Shown in pieces: positions 39,801-48,147 of a stretch of 64,000 nucleotides of DNA. Each line of letters begins with the position of its first letter. The stretch's first letter is position 1. The notes under the pieces were generated by a model, which ran no database searches, was not told the DNA's origin, and saw only the letters and a list, made by a program, of their open reading frames with translations. Both the position numbers and the translations under genes were made by a program. The DNA is from an uncultured virus (IMG/VR IMGVR_UViG_3300021256_000093) (taxonomy: Duplodnaviria; Heunggongvirae; Uroviricota; Caudoviricetes), in IMG/VR virus record IMGVR_UViG_3300021256_000093; one strand, given 5' to 3'.

Positions 39801-41797
39801 CACTTCCAGCAACTGTATTAGGTCAATATTGTTATTTTCAAATGTTTGGTGGTTGTACAAGTTTAACTACTGCACCCGAGTTACCATCAACAACATTAGC
39901 AAATAGCTGTTATGAAGATATGTTTTATGGATGTACAAGTCTAACTATTGCACCAGAGTTACCTGCAACCACATTAGCTAATAGTTGTTATAGGGATATG
40001 TTTTCTAATTGCACAAGTTTAATTACTGCTCCTTCTATATTACCAGCAACTACAGTAACTGATAATTGTTGTTACTATATGTTCATGAATTGTACAAGTT
40101 TAACTATAGCGCCGGAATTACCAGCAACTATATTAGCGTATCAATGTTATTCATATATGTTTGAAGGCTGTATAAGTTTAACTACTGCTCCTGAACTTCC
40201 TTCTACGACATTGGCACCATATTGTTATGATAGTATGTTCAATGGTTGCACGAATCTTAACTATATTAAATGTCTTGCAATTAATATTACTACCCCTTCC
40301 GAATATTATGAAGAGATGACAGACTATTGTACAGGTGGTTGGGTAAGTAATGTTTCAGCAACAGGTATATTTATTAAAAATTCATTAATGACAAGCTGGC
40401 CAATTGATGATAATGGTATACCTACTGGTTGGACTGCATATACAGAATCAGAATATGAAGTAGTTAGACATTATGAATTAAGTAATCTTAGCAGTGGAGT
40501 TACATCTGTTAATGGTATGACGGGTGCAGTATCAGGATTAGCTCCTATATTATCTCCTGGATTTACTGGTATACCAACAGCACCAACACCAGCAACAGGA
40601 ACTAATACAACTCAGATTGCCACTACAGCATTTGTACAAACTGAACTTAGTAATCAACATGTAATATTTGATTTAGGAAGTACTTCTGATTCAACTTTAT
40701 GGCAAGCAGAATCTGAAGATAGTGAAAAAATATATATTGGAACTATTACTCCTCAAGAAATAACAGCTGCTATAAATGCAGGAAAACAAGTATGGTTATT
40801 AATTAATAATATGAAAGTTCCTTATATTGGTCAAACTGGATTTGGCTATACATTTGGTCAAACTATTGAAGGAGATACAACACTAGCATTTACTATTCCT
40901 GATAATGGGATTTTCACAATAACTAATACTTTACAAATAAGTTTATCAATGCCAACAGGATTTAGGACAATTCAGGGAACCGCAGGATCTGGTGGAACAT
41001 TAATGGTTGGTATGGAGACAGGATATATGATTCCTACAACTGTACAAGCTGATTTATGGACTAATAAAGTAAGTAATGTTCAATCAGATTGGAATGCTAC
41101 AACTGGAGCTGCTGTTATATTGAATAAGCCAACTATACCTGCTGCCGTAACTGAATCAACAGTTTCTGGATGGGGATTTACTAAGAATCAAGGTCAGGTT
41201 ATATCATTTAATGGTTCTACTGGAAATGTATCTCAAGTTAAAGCTAATTGGAATGAAACAGATTCTTCAAGCTATGCATATATACAAAACAAGCCAACCA
41301 TACCTGCTGCCGTAACTGAATCAACAGTTTCTGGATGGGGATTTACTAAGAATGCCGGTCAAGTTACAACATTTAATGGTAATACTGGAAATGTATCTCA
41401 AGTTAAAGCAAATTGGAATGAAACGGATTCAACAAGTTATGCATATATTCAAAATAAGCCTACTATACCAACAGTTAATAATTCAACAGTAACAATTACT
41501 ATGAATGGCAATACTGTTGGAACATTTACATTGAATAAGTCAGGAAACACTACAATTGATTTAGGTAATGTACTTACTTCTCACCAATCAATTAAGACTA
41601 TTAATAATCAAACTATAACAGGTACAGGAAATGTAGCATTAAATACATTACCTACAGTTAGTTCATCAGATAATGGTAAAGTTCTTATGGTTGTTGATGG
41701 TGCATGGCAACTTGTTTCTCCAGTAAGTCTATATAGTGGTTCAAGCGCTCCAAGTAATTCACAAGGTAACAATGGAGATATATATGTTCAATCTTAA
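33899..41797 (+). CDS. giant modular tail fibre with two BspA-type LRR modules
   Basis: about 20 VTSVNG[KMQE]TG[AV]V-type repeats; two blocks of TAPELPATTLAxxCYxxMFxGCTSL; PTAPT...QIATTAFV and QSDWN...IxNKP fibre motifs. Confidence 0.85.
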   Translation: MAQTGILSILKIANQEYTIKDEYLTNVVDQIIDAITDNNREIGERINDLDKRAFDALIKISSFNESEIASIEDGMYKLQYVTITGEGDNATETLDNSAILIQTGNNQYLYKDGLLWSRVKSNNSWDRWNVIERGVTSVNGMTGAVTIADKLSTGYEASALSNEALAPTGNDTFEIAIGKLHKAILDNEEITAQAYADIDERIDELADVASSGDYNDLINTPSIPEYISDLENDEGFINASSLKTIGGTSIVGTGNISFPVTSVNGKTGAVTINVPVTSVNGKTGAVTITHPVTSVNGMTGVVTVNVPVTSVNGMTGAVSLTAEDVKAEPDYSKQYLTFEALEDTTFTFTQNALQYSLDNGITWTTLAAGTASPTVSAGNKIMWKQTGLIPTSSDGIGIFSSTGQFNAQGNIMSLYYGDNFVGQVSLSGKEYAFNRLFNYSFDKLINASNLMLPATTLATHCYENMFCNCTSLTAAPELPATTLEYECYYRMFYGCTSLTTAPELPATTLAEGCYHQMFRGCTSLIIVPKLPTTILVDNCYDGMFMGCASLRTAPELPATTLANGCYSSMFSKCTHLTTAPELPATALVDGCYQSMFTGCTNLNYIKCLATDISATDCTKTWVKNVSSTGTFVKADNMDSWVTVTDNNGIPFGWEDDIYTESEYEVVRHYELNNVGSVTSVNGMTGAVSLNIPDAQIQSDWNQTATGAKDYIKNKPNIVTSVNGKTGAVTLDIPSEIITGQIVGRMHRDNVSGTGNLTITGASGEGFSPTGITTAGKYIVVVYSWSDTKTFGYNISFGSNNYTLTTTDGTISDKRELTVSAGALWSGSVTVAVSAGTTIIVEIYKAEKITPALSVGTVALTNLYNDLDGKPTISSSTSSTSTTDIASSRAVKLAYDNGGVQSVNGMTGAVTITIPEGQLSNNYATATGTNSELLLASGDTYEKAFGKLEKEILDNELIAAAGMNDLNEQIANITHPVTSVNGQTGAVTGLAPLVSPGFSGTPTAPTPTAGTNNTQIATTAFVQTAVSQFGNAMEFKGSVGTGGTYTSSNFPASSSSNKGWTVKIITDGTYQGVTAKEGDTLISDGTTWVLIPSGDEPNGTVMSVGLSMPTGFEVSNSPITSSGTLEVSMKNGYMIPTTTQATQWTNKVTSVNGKTGTVTINIPVTSVNGQTGAVVITHPVTSVNGQTGAVVTTLSDEYEPSSENNDDLLLESGDTYEEAFGKLEKEILNNSEITAAAIQQIASAQANAVTSVNGETGDVEIPIYEEKILTAEHNEYDPGMYSFYINGESPDNNQEVIDLLVQNKTVIIDDTFYYLLDIKEDNVNNAQIYYIGSINHNNSELNIIGLRYLLSSNSFYYSQYKTINLGGGGVTSVNGQTGIVTISDKLSTGYSASVLTNDALNPTGNDTFEIAIGKLHKSIIDNEEVTSGALADLDERIDNLATVATSGNYNDLINKPIITHPVTSVNGMTGAITLSQINADWNSATGASQILNKPAIKTNNSTSYISYNYNDDSFSTTCINIDSAYITAKTSTNNELRLGNAEFYLYFNNGTSYLKSSPAELIFNSNIDTSYMKFTSGGAGGFNIYSAYNGYNLSIYNNWTNYDNGSAPRLIASSYNTTNNTQNVETFAFISDITSYALVTSVNGQTGTVTVNVPVTSVNGMTGAISQTQADWIDNDTTSYGFIKNKPQITTAKSGVGVYSTYINKSSGAYYTYIQGTTSYLYTSAIYFGTGISYLSNNSYIGNTKSNSTKVATIGDIPVTSVNGQTGAVTITHPVTFVNGMTGVVLLTAEDVKAVPDYSKQYLTFEALQDTTFKFTINALQYSLDNGATWTTLSKNTASPMVTAGNKIMWKQTGLTPALAGGIGQFSSTGNFNVQGNIMSLYYGDDFINQTDLTGKSYAFKTLFSGNSHIIEAKNLILPALQLTPSCYDSMFQSCINLITIPKLPATTLANSCYHSMFYGCTSLTTAPSLPATVLGQYCYFQMFGGCTSLTTAPELPSTTLANSCYEDMFYGCTSLTIAPELPATTLANSCYRDMFSNCTSLITAPSILPATTVTDNCCYYMFMNCTSLTIAPELPATILAYQCYSYMFEGCISLTTAPELPSTTLAPYCYDSMFNGCTNLNYIKCLAINITTPSEYYEEMTDYCTGGWVSNVSATGIFIKNSLMTSWPIDDNGIPTGWTAYTESEYEVVRHYELSNLSSGVTSVNGMTGAVSGLAPILSPGFTGIPTAPTPATGTNTTQIATTAFVQTELSNQHVIFDLGSTSDSTLWQAESEDSEKIYIGTITPQEITAAINAGKQVWLLINNMKVPYIGQTGFGYTFGQTIEGDTTLAFTIPDNGIFTITNTLQISLSMPTGFRTIQGTAGSGGTLMVGMETGYMIPTTVQADLWTNKVSNVQSDWNATTGAAVILNKPTIPAAVTESTVSGWGFTKNQGQVISFNGSTGNVSQVKANWNETDSSSYAYIQNKPTIPAAVTESTVSGWGFTKNAGQVTTFNGNTGNVSQVKANWNETDSTSYAYIQNKPTIPTVNNSTVTITMNGNTVGTFTLNKSGNTTIDLGNVLTSHQSIKTINNQTITGTGNVALNTLPTVSSSDNGKVLMVVDGAWQLVSPVSLYSGSSAPSNSQGNNGDIYVQS
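41129..41470 (+). repeat. 165-nt tandem duplication within the tail fibre
   Basis: CCAACxATACCTGCTGCCGTAACTGAATCAACAGTTTCTGGATGGGG at 41129 and 41294. Confidence 0.85.
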
Positions 41798-41822
41798 CTA
41801 AATTTATAATATTTAAATAATA

Positions 41823-43706
41823 ATGGCTCGTCAGGTAATAGATAGTACACAAACAACTGCAATAGTTGTATCTGAAGTAGATAACGATAATTCAAAATTT
41901 AACACTCATACAGCTAATGGTAGTGGTGGATTAAAAGATATTAATGTAAATACAACTGGATATTTTACAATTACTCCAATCAGAAGCACATCAACCCACA
42001 CATATGTATATTATACATTTAATTTTGATAATATTCCAAATCATGATAGAATAATTATAAATTATATTAATAATTCAACACAAATTAGAGTAACTAGTAC
42101 AGAGTCCAGATATTTTTCTAAAAAAGAAATTTATTTAACTAAAAATTTAGAAAAAATCGGTTCAGCTGCAACTATTTCCAGTACTTCTGCACAAAATATT
42201 GTAACGACAGCAAGTATTGAAGATATTAATAGAGAAGATTTAGATGATAATATAGAAATATGTGTTCATTTATTATATGGTGGTAGTTCTGGTGGACGAA
42301 CAATATTTTATGGGTCAAGAATAAATGTAAATTATTCTATATTTCATTATGAATATGACATAGCTATTTTATCAAATACATCTAAGGTTACTTCCCAAAC
42401 TACTGAATACACTATTAATGAGGGTCAAACACAAGTATTGACATTTAATATATCTAATTTAAATGCTGTTTCTATTGAAGATAATTATATAGATATTAAA
42501 TCCCAACTTGTTCATACATCTGGAACAACATATACATATACTATATCAAATTGCGATTCAGACCACATTATTACTTGTAATGATTTAGCTATAGAAATTG
42601 ATGAGGACCCACAATATACATATCATACAGTTTCTATATCAACTATTAATGCAGTTACAAATCCAGTTCAAGGTTCTTATAGATATGTTGAAGGACAAGA
42701 TATAGTTATTGATATTGAGCCAAGCGAACCAGATATAACATTAGTTAGAGATAATGGTATAGATATATCTTCACAATTAGTTGTAACATCAAATTATAGT
42801 ACCACTTTTACTACAAGCAATGTAAGTAATACAACAGCATGGGTAAATAATGGTAACAATGTGTGGCATAATGGTAATGCAAACAGTAATCGTAGCATTT
42901 CAACTATTCAATTTAATTTAGATTTCAATGTACCATGTTTAGTTACTTTCTATTTTTGGGGCACATTAACTGGTAATGATGCATTTTGTATAGGAAATTT
43001 AAATCAAACATTAATTACTACCACCGGTCAAGATTCTTCTTGTAAACTTTGGTCAACTAATATATCTAATGTAACAGAAGAAAATGCACGTTCTGCTACA
43101 TTTGATAGCGTTGAAGGAACTAATTTCATACAAGTTAAAGTAAGAAGAAATAATGATACAACTTCAGTCGCTGCTAATCATACCGCTTATATTAAATTAG
43201 AGATACAACCATTGGTTCCAGAAACATATAGATATACAATCACTAATATACAAGATAATCATTCATTATTATTTGTGTTTGGAGAAGTTGAATATTATAT
43301 CATTAATACATCAAGTACTAATACAGATTTAAAGATTTTACCGTATGGTGATTGGATTTGTCTACCAGGTGAAACATATAAAGTGACAATTATTCCAACA
43401 TCTACAATATCTACTATAAATTTAATAGATAATAATGTAGCACAATCAAACGTTGAAAGAGTTGAATATTTAAATGAAAATAATGAAACAGTAGTCAACT
43501 TCAATTATAAGATTTTTAATATTAATGAAAATCACACAGTTACTATTGAAGAAATTATTAATAATTTAAAAAGATTCATTAAGCTTAATAATGTTTGGAA
43601 TGAAATTGAAGATATATATCAAAAAACAAATAATAATTGGGAATCAACATCAATAGAAGATTTATTAAGTAATATAAGCAATTTAATAATATATAAGAAT
43701 AATTAA
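41823..43706 (+). CDS. tail-fibre-associated protein with repeated beta-rich domains
   Basis: three DN...Y(T/K)IxNxxxxH units; C-terminal KLNNVW...IYQKTNNNW. Confidence 0.65.
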   Translation: MARQVIDSTQTTAIVVSEVDNDNSKFNTHTANGSGGLKDINVNTTGYFTITPIRSTSTHTYVYYTFNFDNIPNHDRIIINYINNSTQIRVTSTESRYFSKKEIYLTKNLEKIGSAATISSTSAQNIVTTASIEDINREDLDDNIEICVHLLYGGSSGGRTIFYGSRINVNYSIFHYEYDIAILSNTSKVTSQTTEYTINEGQTQVLTFNISNLNAVSIEDNYIDIKSQLVHTSGTTYTYTISNCDSDHIITCNDLAIEIDEDPQYTYHTVSISTINAVTNPVQGSYRYVEGQDIVIDIEPSEPDITLVRDNGIDISSQLVVTSNYSTTFTTSNVSNTTAWVNNGNNVWHNGNANSNRSISTIQFNLDFNVPCLVTFYFWGTLTGNDAFCIGNLNQTLITTTGQDSSCKLWSTNISNVTEENARSATFDSVEGTNFIQVKVRRNNDTTSVAANHTAYIKLEIQPLVPETYRYTITNIQDNHSLLFVFGEVEYYIINTSSTNTDLKILPYGDWICLPGETYKVTIIPTSTISTINLIDNNVAQSNVERVEYLNENNETVVNFNYKIFNINENHTVTIEEIINNLKRFIKLNNVWNEIEDIYQKTNNNWESTSIEDLLSNISNLIIYKNN

Positions 43707-43717
43707 TAAGTGTATAT

Positions 43718-43837
43718 ATGGCAACTATAAGACTTATACCAAGCACATATGAATTAAGTAGTACACAATATTTAAGTATTAGTAATGCAAATAATATGTA
43801 TAATTTGATAATATCTAATATTACTAATATTGAGTAA
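43718..43837 (+). pseudogene. possible truncated N-terminal remnant (39 aa)
   Basis: MATIRLIPSTYELSSTQYLSISNANNMY... begins 11 nt after the upstream stop and decays into AT-rich sequence. Confidence 0.35.
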
Positions 43838-43886
43838 AATATCTATATAAAAATTAAATATAAAATATATAACATATTAATAAATT

Positions 43887-44561
43887 ATGCCAGCAGTACG
43901 TCAACCGATAGATCCAACAGTATATCCAGAATATCATAATTATTTAGTAAAACTCGGTAATAGGCCAGTACCTCAATTATATCCTAAAGACCTTATATAT
44001 ATTAATGGCGATAGATTGAGTCCATTTCCTTTGTTTGGTTCTACATTTTTATATACATTTGATGTAACAAATAATAATGGAGCTTATATTATATCTGACC
44101 TTCCAAATACTCAAACGCATGAAACAATTATAGATGATTTTGATATTATATCTTCGAGATATTCACAAATAGTAGATGAAAAATATAACGGAAATAATAC
44201 GAATATTACTGAAAATTATAGTGAAAACTTAGACGGATATCAAAAAGTATTATATTTTTTAGATACTGATAATAATTTATTAAGCACAATACCAATTAGT
44301 TCAGTATCACATAATATTCATTTTAATTCATCTAGTAATTCTTCTAGTATCGAAATAGGATATAATATTGATGCTAATAATCCATTTGTATTGTTATTTA
44401 ATTATTATTTTGATGATTCTGGAAATATGACATCTAATTTTGAATTAATCGCAAATAGTAGTTCAGATATGTATTTTTCTAATATAACTAATACTACAAA
44501 AATAGTTATGTATGGTACAAAAGCAAGAATTCCATACGAACAGCCAAATTATGCAGATTAA
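43887..44561 (+). CDS. hypothetical protein, possibly structural
   Basis: 224-aa N/S-rich ORF ending the tail operon. Confidence 0.65.
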   Translation: MPAVRQPIDPTVYPEYHNYLVKLGNRPVPQLYPKDLIYINGDRLSPFPLFGSTFLYTFDVTNNNGAYIISDLPNTQTHETIIDDFDIISSRYSQIVDEKYNGNNTNITENYSENLDGYQKVLYFLDTDNNLLSTIPISSVSHNIHFNSSSNSSSIEIGYNIDANNPFVLLFNYYFDDSGNMTSNFELIANSSSDMYFSNITNTTKIVMYGTKARIPYEQPNYAD

Positions 44562-44569
44562 TTAAATTA

Positions 44570-44637
44570 GTTCTGGAAGCATTAAATAACCTTTAATATA
44601 TATTTTATTATTAAGACATATTTAATGCTTCCAGAAC
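44570..44637. repeat. 19-bp perfect inverted repeat (long hairpin)
   Basis: GTTCTGGAAGCATTAAATA ... TATTTAATGCTTCCAGAAC with a 30-nt spacer, between convergent genes. Confidence 0.85.
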
Positions 44638-44690
44638 CAAAATATGGAGTAAATAATAGTATTTAAAACTTAATCTTATATTATATAATT

Positions 44691-44855
44691 CTAAAATTTA
44701 AATTTATTTTGAAATAACTCATTAATTGTAGAATTAGATAATTCAGGGTTAAGCTCTTTCATTATATTATAAAAGATTGAATATGCTTTATCTGTTTCTT
44801 CTTTAATTTCTTCTTTAGTATAGATAAAATCATATTTTTTAGATTTAGTACTCAT
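44691..44855 (-). CDS. small hypothetical protein (54 aa, not in ORF track)
   Basis: MSTKSKKYDFIYTKEEIKEE...; preceded by a CTATATTA motif near 44899-44905. Confidence 0.5.
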   Translation of the reverse strand: MSTKSKKYDFIYTKEEIKEETDKAYSIFYNIMKELNPELSNSTINELFQNKFKF

Positions 44856-44907
44856 ATTAAACTTATATTATAGATATAATTAAATTAATATACATAATAA
44901 TATAGTT

Positions 44908-45087
44908 TTACTTATTTGGTATAATCAACCAACAAATAAAATATGGTATAATTCCAATACCTTGGCAAAAAACTAAAATAATCCAGAATAATCTAATGAA
45001 TGTTGGATCGATATCAAGATATTCAGCAATTCCTGAGCAAACACCTCCAAGGCATTTATCAGTTCCTAATGTAAGTCGTTTATTCAT
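44908..45087 (-). CDS. pspC: PspC-domain membrane protein (59 aa, not in ORF track)
   Basis: KRL...DKCLGGVCSGIAEYLDIDPTFIRL...GIIPYFICWLIIP matches the PspC consensus. Confidence 0.88.
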   Translation of the reverse strand: MNKRLTLGTDKCLGGVCSGIAEYLDIDPTFIRLFWIILVFCQGIGIIPYFICWLIIPNK

Positions 45088-45104
45088 ATTATTTATTTAT
45101 ATTA

Positions 45105-45395
45105 TTATGCCCAATGAATGGTTAATGTTGCATTTTTATAGAATTCATCAGTATCACCCGTTCCAAACCAATCGGACGTAAATCCATAATGCTGCAATAC
45201 TTTATTAATCATCTTAACATCATAAGCAGACATCATCACCATATCAAGTGATGTAAAATATAGTCCATGGGACACGGCATCCATAATTGCTTCTTCAATT
45301 TTACGCATAATTACAGGATGAGTTTCCTCATATTGTAATGTATAAAACAATGATTTATTATTTGTCAATTCTTTATATTCACTTGCTTTCTTCAT
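45105..45395 (-). CDS. hypothetical protein
   Basis: 96-aa ORF in operon. Confidence 0.7.
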   Translation of the reverse strand: MKKASEYKELTNNKSLFYTLQYEETHPVIMRKIEEAIMDAVSHGLYFTSLDMVMMSAYDVKMINKVLQHYGFTSDWFGTGDTDEFYKNATLTIHWA

Positions 45396-45427
45396 AATAT
45401 TATAATTTGTATATATATTTAAATATA

Positions 45428-46000
45428 TTATAATCTTGTGTAAAATTCAGATATTCTTTCTAAATGTTTATTGCAATTAGAAATAATTTTTTCTGCTTGT
45501 TTTTTAATTAACATAATTTGAGCAAAATCTTTTTCATAGCAACCAGTCTTATGATATTCTATAGATATTTGCCTTTCTGGTAATCGGGATTTAATAGATT
45601 CCTTTAGTTCATTAATATTATCCATTAATGGTTCTATACCACGTCTAATAAAATCATCTATGCAATTTCCTTCATTATTATCATTTATAATATACCTTTC
45701 GTGAAAACATTCTATTCGTTTATCATAATTAACATTATTATATGCTGTTATTTGAATAATAGTTGGTTCAAATATTAATTCAATATAATATTGATATTTT
45801 TTATCTGGCAAATCCATATCGAGCCATAAATAATAATTATCCCATAATTTATTTGCTAATTCACAATATGTTATATCTTTTAACTTTGAAATACAATTCT
45901 TAATATCATCCCATATTTCTTTAATAGATTTATTATCAGGGACAATCATTCTAACTTGTCTATTATCAAGTGGAGCTATAATTTGTAATAGGCTTTCCAT
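45428..46000 (-). CDS. hypothetical protein
   Basis: 190-aa ORF. Confidence 0.7.
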   Translation of the reverse strand: MESLLQIIAPLDNRQVRMIVPDNKSIKEIWDDIKNCISKLKDITYCELANKLWDNYYLWLDMDLPDKKYQYYIELIFEPTIIQITAYNNVNYDKRIECFHERYIINDNNEGNCIDDFIRRGIEPLMDNINELKESIKSRLPERQISIEYHKTGCYEKDFAQIMLIKKQAEKIISNCNKHLERISEFYTRL

Positions 46001-46004
46001 AAGA

Positions 46005-46355
46005 TTATAATGCTTTTTCGTTAATAAGTTGTTTTTCTAAATCTTTACGTAATCCAATTAAGTTATCAATATGCTCATTATATTGAGAAATTTGCTTATT
46101 TACTTCATTATTATAATTCTTAATAGCAATATCTTCATTATTATATATATTACTTCCTAATTCAGTAATTTCTTCTCCATTATTTAATATATAATGGCGA
46201 ATACATAAATCATGATATGACAGATTATCATACGTTTTATTAATTATTGCATGCTTTAATTCTGAAATACCACTAGTAAGCCTACCATAATAATCATCAG
46301 ATAATATGCTAAAATACCATATTTCATCTCCTACATTATAATTTAAATATTCCAT
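46005..46355 (-). CDS. hypothetical protein
   Basis: YNVGDEIWY SH3-like start; C-terminal coiled coil. Confidence 0.7.
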   Translation of the reverse strand: MEYLNYNVGDEIWYFSILSDDYYGRLTSGISELKHAIINKTYDNLSYHDLCIRHYILNNGEEITELGSNIYNNEDIAIKNYNNEVNKQISQYNEHIDNLIGLRKDLEKQLINEKAL

Positions 46356-46357
46356 AA

Positions 46358-47218
46358 TTATTTTAATATATCTTCTTTAATTATATTGATTATTTTTTCT
46401 TTAGCTTCTAATGATAATATAGGTATATTTTGTGGACATTCAATATCTAAATTACTTAATAGAATATCCATAGCTGTTGTATCTAATTTATCTACTAATT
46501 CTTTTATTTGTTCATAGTTATTTACTAATCCATTATGATATGAACCCACTATATGTCTTCCAAATGAATTTTCATACATATTAGGCCAAATAATATTATT
46601 TCCTTCATTTGATAATACTATTAAATTAAGCCAGTAAAAATCATATAAGAAATCATTAGAATACATTCCATATTTTTGAACAATACTATATCTTAAAATT
46701 ACTGCAGATGGATCTAATATATGCCATTCTTGAATAAATGAATTCCTATCATTAATCAAATAATTTGCTTCATACATTTCTCTATTATGACCAAGGTTCC
46801 ATTTATTGATTGTCGCAATAGCTTGTTTATCATCATAAAAATTATTATCTAAGCAAAGTTTAAATATCTTATATATATTTGGGTGAACTATATTATCATC
46901 ATCAAGAATATATATCCATGGGTTATCTAAAGACAATTCATTAACTAATGAAATTAATGGAAGATTAAACATATCACCGCCATAATTTTTCTGATTTGGT
47001 TTTCCGCTATCTTTTATATAATAATGTATATTTGTTGTCTTTAAATAATCAATAGCCTTATCTATGTCACCATAGCCATTATTATTATCTTTACATATTA
47101 GCCAAATAATATTAAAATCATTATTATATAAATCATAATTAATATTTATACTTTTGGCAATATATAATAAATTATCAAATCTATAGCAAGCAGTAAGCAA
47201 TATCAATGTTTCTTTCAT
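46358..47218 (-). CDS. GT-A fold glycosyltransferase
   Basis: ILLTACYR N-terminal strand, IIWLI, WIYILDDDN (DxD). Confidence 0.75.
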   Translation of the reverse strand: MKETLILLTACYRFDNLLYIAKSININYDLYNNDFNIIWLICKDNNNGYGDIDKAIDYLKTTNIHYYIKDSGKPNQKNYGGDMFNLPLISLVNELSLDNPWIYILDDDNIVHPNIYKIFKLCLDNNFYDDKQAIATINKWNLGHNREMYEANYLINDRNSFIQEWHILDPSAVILRYSIVQKYGMYSNDFLYDFYWLNLIVLSNEGNNIIWPNMYENSFGRHIVGSYHNGLVNNYEQIKELVDKLDTTAMDILLSNLDIECPQNIPILSLEAKEKIINIIKEDILK

Positions 47219-47231
47219 ATATAGTATATAG

Positions 47232-47453
47232 TTATTCTAATTTATTTGTAATATATTCATCAATATTTATTAATAAATATGTTAAACTACAAGATATGAC
47301 AACAATAATTGTTACCCAAGAAAATAAACTTATTTTAAAACTATCATATAATATAAGCTTAACTGATTTATTAGTATTTTGGCATAGCTCATAAACAGTA
47401 TTACAAATATATACGATAATACAGCCAAGTAAATAAATTAATATTCCAGTCAT
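47232..47453 (-). CDS. small two-TM membrane protein
   Basis: two hydrophobic segments; YxxG and SW motifs. Confidence 0.65.
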   Translation of the reverse strand: MTGILIYLLGCIIVYICNTVYELCQNTNKSVKLILYDSFKISLFSWVTIIVVISCSLTYLLINIDEYITNKLE

Positions 47454-47458
47454 AATTT

Positions 47459-47803
47459 TTATCCTAGATTAAATTCTGTAAAATTAATTAATGCACACAT
47501 GACACTATCTAATTCTTGTAGTGTCATTTCTACTCCAATAGTTTCATAAGGATTTGCTTCAAACTTAAGTGTAAACATTCCATAATAATCTGGACATGGT
47601 TCAGTACGTTCAGGACTATATTCTGTATGACTATCTATATAATCAAGATATATTTTCTTATAAGGCTGAGCATTATCTTCAAGTAAACAATTAAGCTCCA
47701 TAATATCTAATAGTAGGCTTTCTAAATATTTCCTACCATCTTCTATATTTGGATAATTATAAATATAATTAATATCCTGTAAATTTTCTTGTGTAATTTT
47801 CAT
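47459..47803 (-). CDS. hypothetical protein
   Basis: 114-aa ORF. Confidence 0.7.
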   Translation of the reverse strand: MKITQENLQDINYIYNYPNIEDGRKYLESLLLDIMELNCLLEDNAQPYKKIYLDYIDSHTEYSPERTEPCPDYYGMFTLKFEANPYETIGVEMTLQELDSVMCALINFTEFNLG

Positions 47804-47814
47804 AATATAATTAA

Positions 47815-48099
47815 TTAAAGCATAAACGGATTTTGCTTACCTCTACGAATATACCGTTCTACTGTAAATTCAAGAATAGGATGAGTTTGATTTAAATCTT
47901 CTTTTGCCCACTTCCAATGGCGACTCAAAATTCTAAAACGAGTACCCATATCATCTTCAATAATATCACCAATATTTAAATTCTCTGGATGATCTAAACA
48001 ATGAGAATATTCAAATGTTGAAGTATCTTTATACCACATTTCTTTATATACACTTTCTTCAGGTTCACATACATGAATCTTAATTTCAAAATTTTCCAT
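47815..48099 (-). CDS. hypothetical protein
   Basis: 94-aa ORF preceded by a CTATATT motif. Confidence 0.7.
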   Translation of the reverse strand: MENFEIKIHVCEPEESVYKEMWYKDTSTFEYSHCLDHPENLNIGDIIEDDMGTRFRILSRHWKWAKEDLNQTHPILEFTVERYIRRGKQNPFML

Positions 48100-48147
48100 A
48101 TATATCTTTAATATATTTTTATATCTTAAATATAGATTAAATAATTA

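Noticed and set aside
34860..40490. The two LRR cassettes in the tail fibre as a DGR template/variable-repeat pair
   Set aside because: In the part I compared, differences are largely synonymous and not confined to adenines. Both copies are in-frame coding, and there is no reverse transcriptase in the window.
34300..40530. Recurring GTTACTTCAGTTAATGG-type repeats as a CRISPR array
   Set aside because: They are degenerate at codon third positions, irregularly spaced and in frame within a CDS. No cas genes are present.
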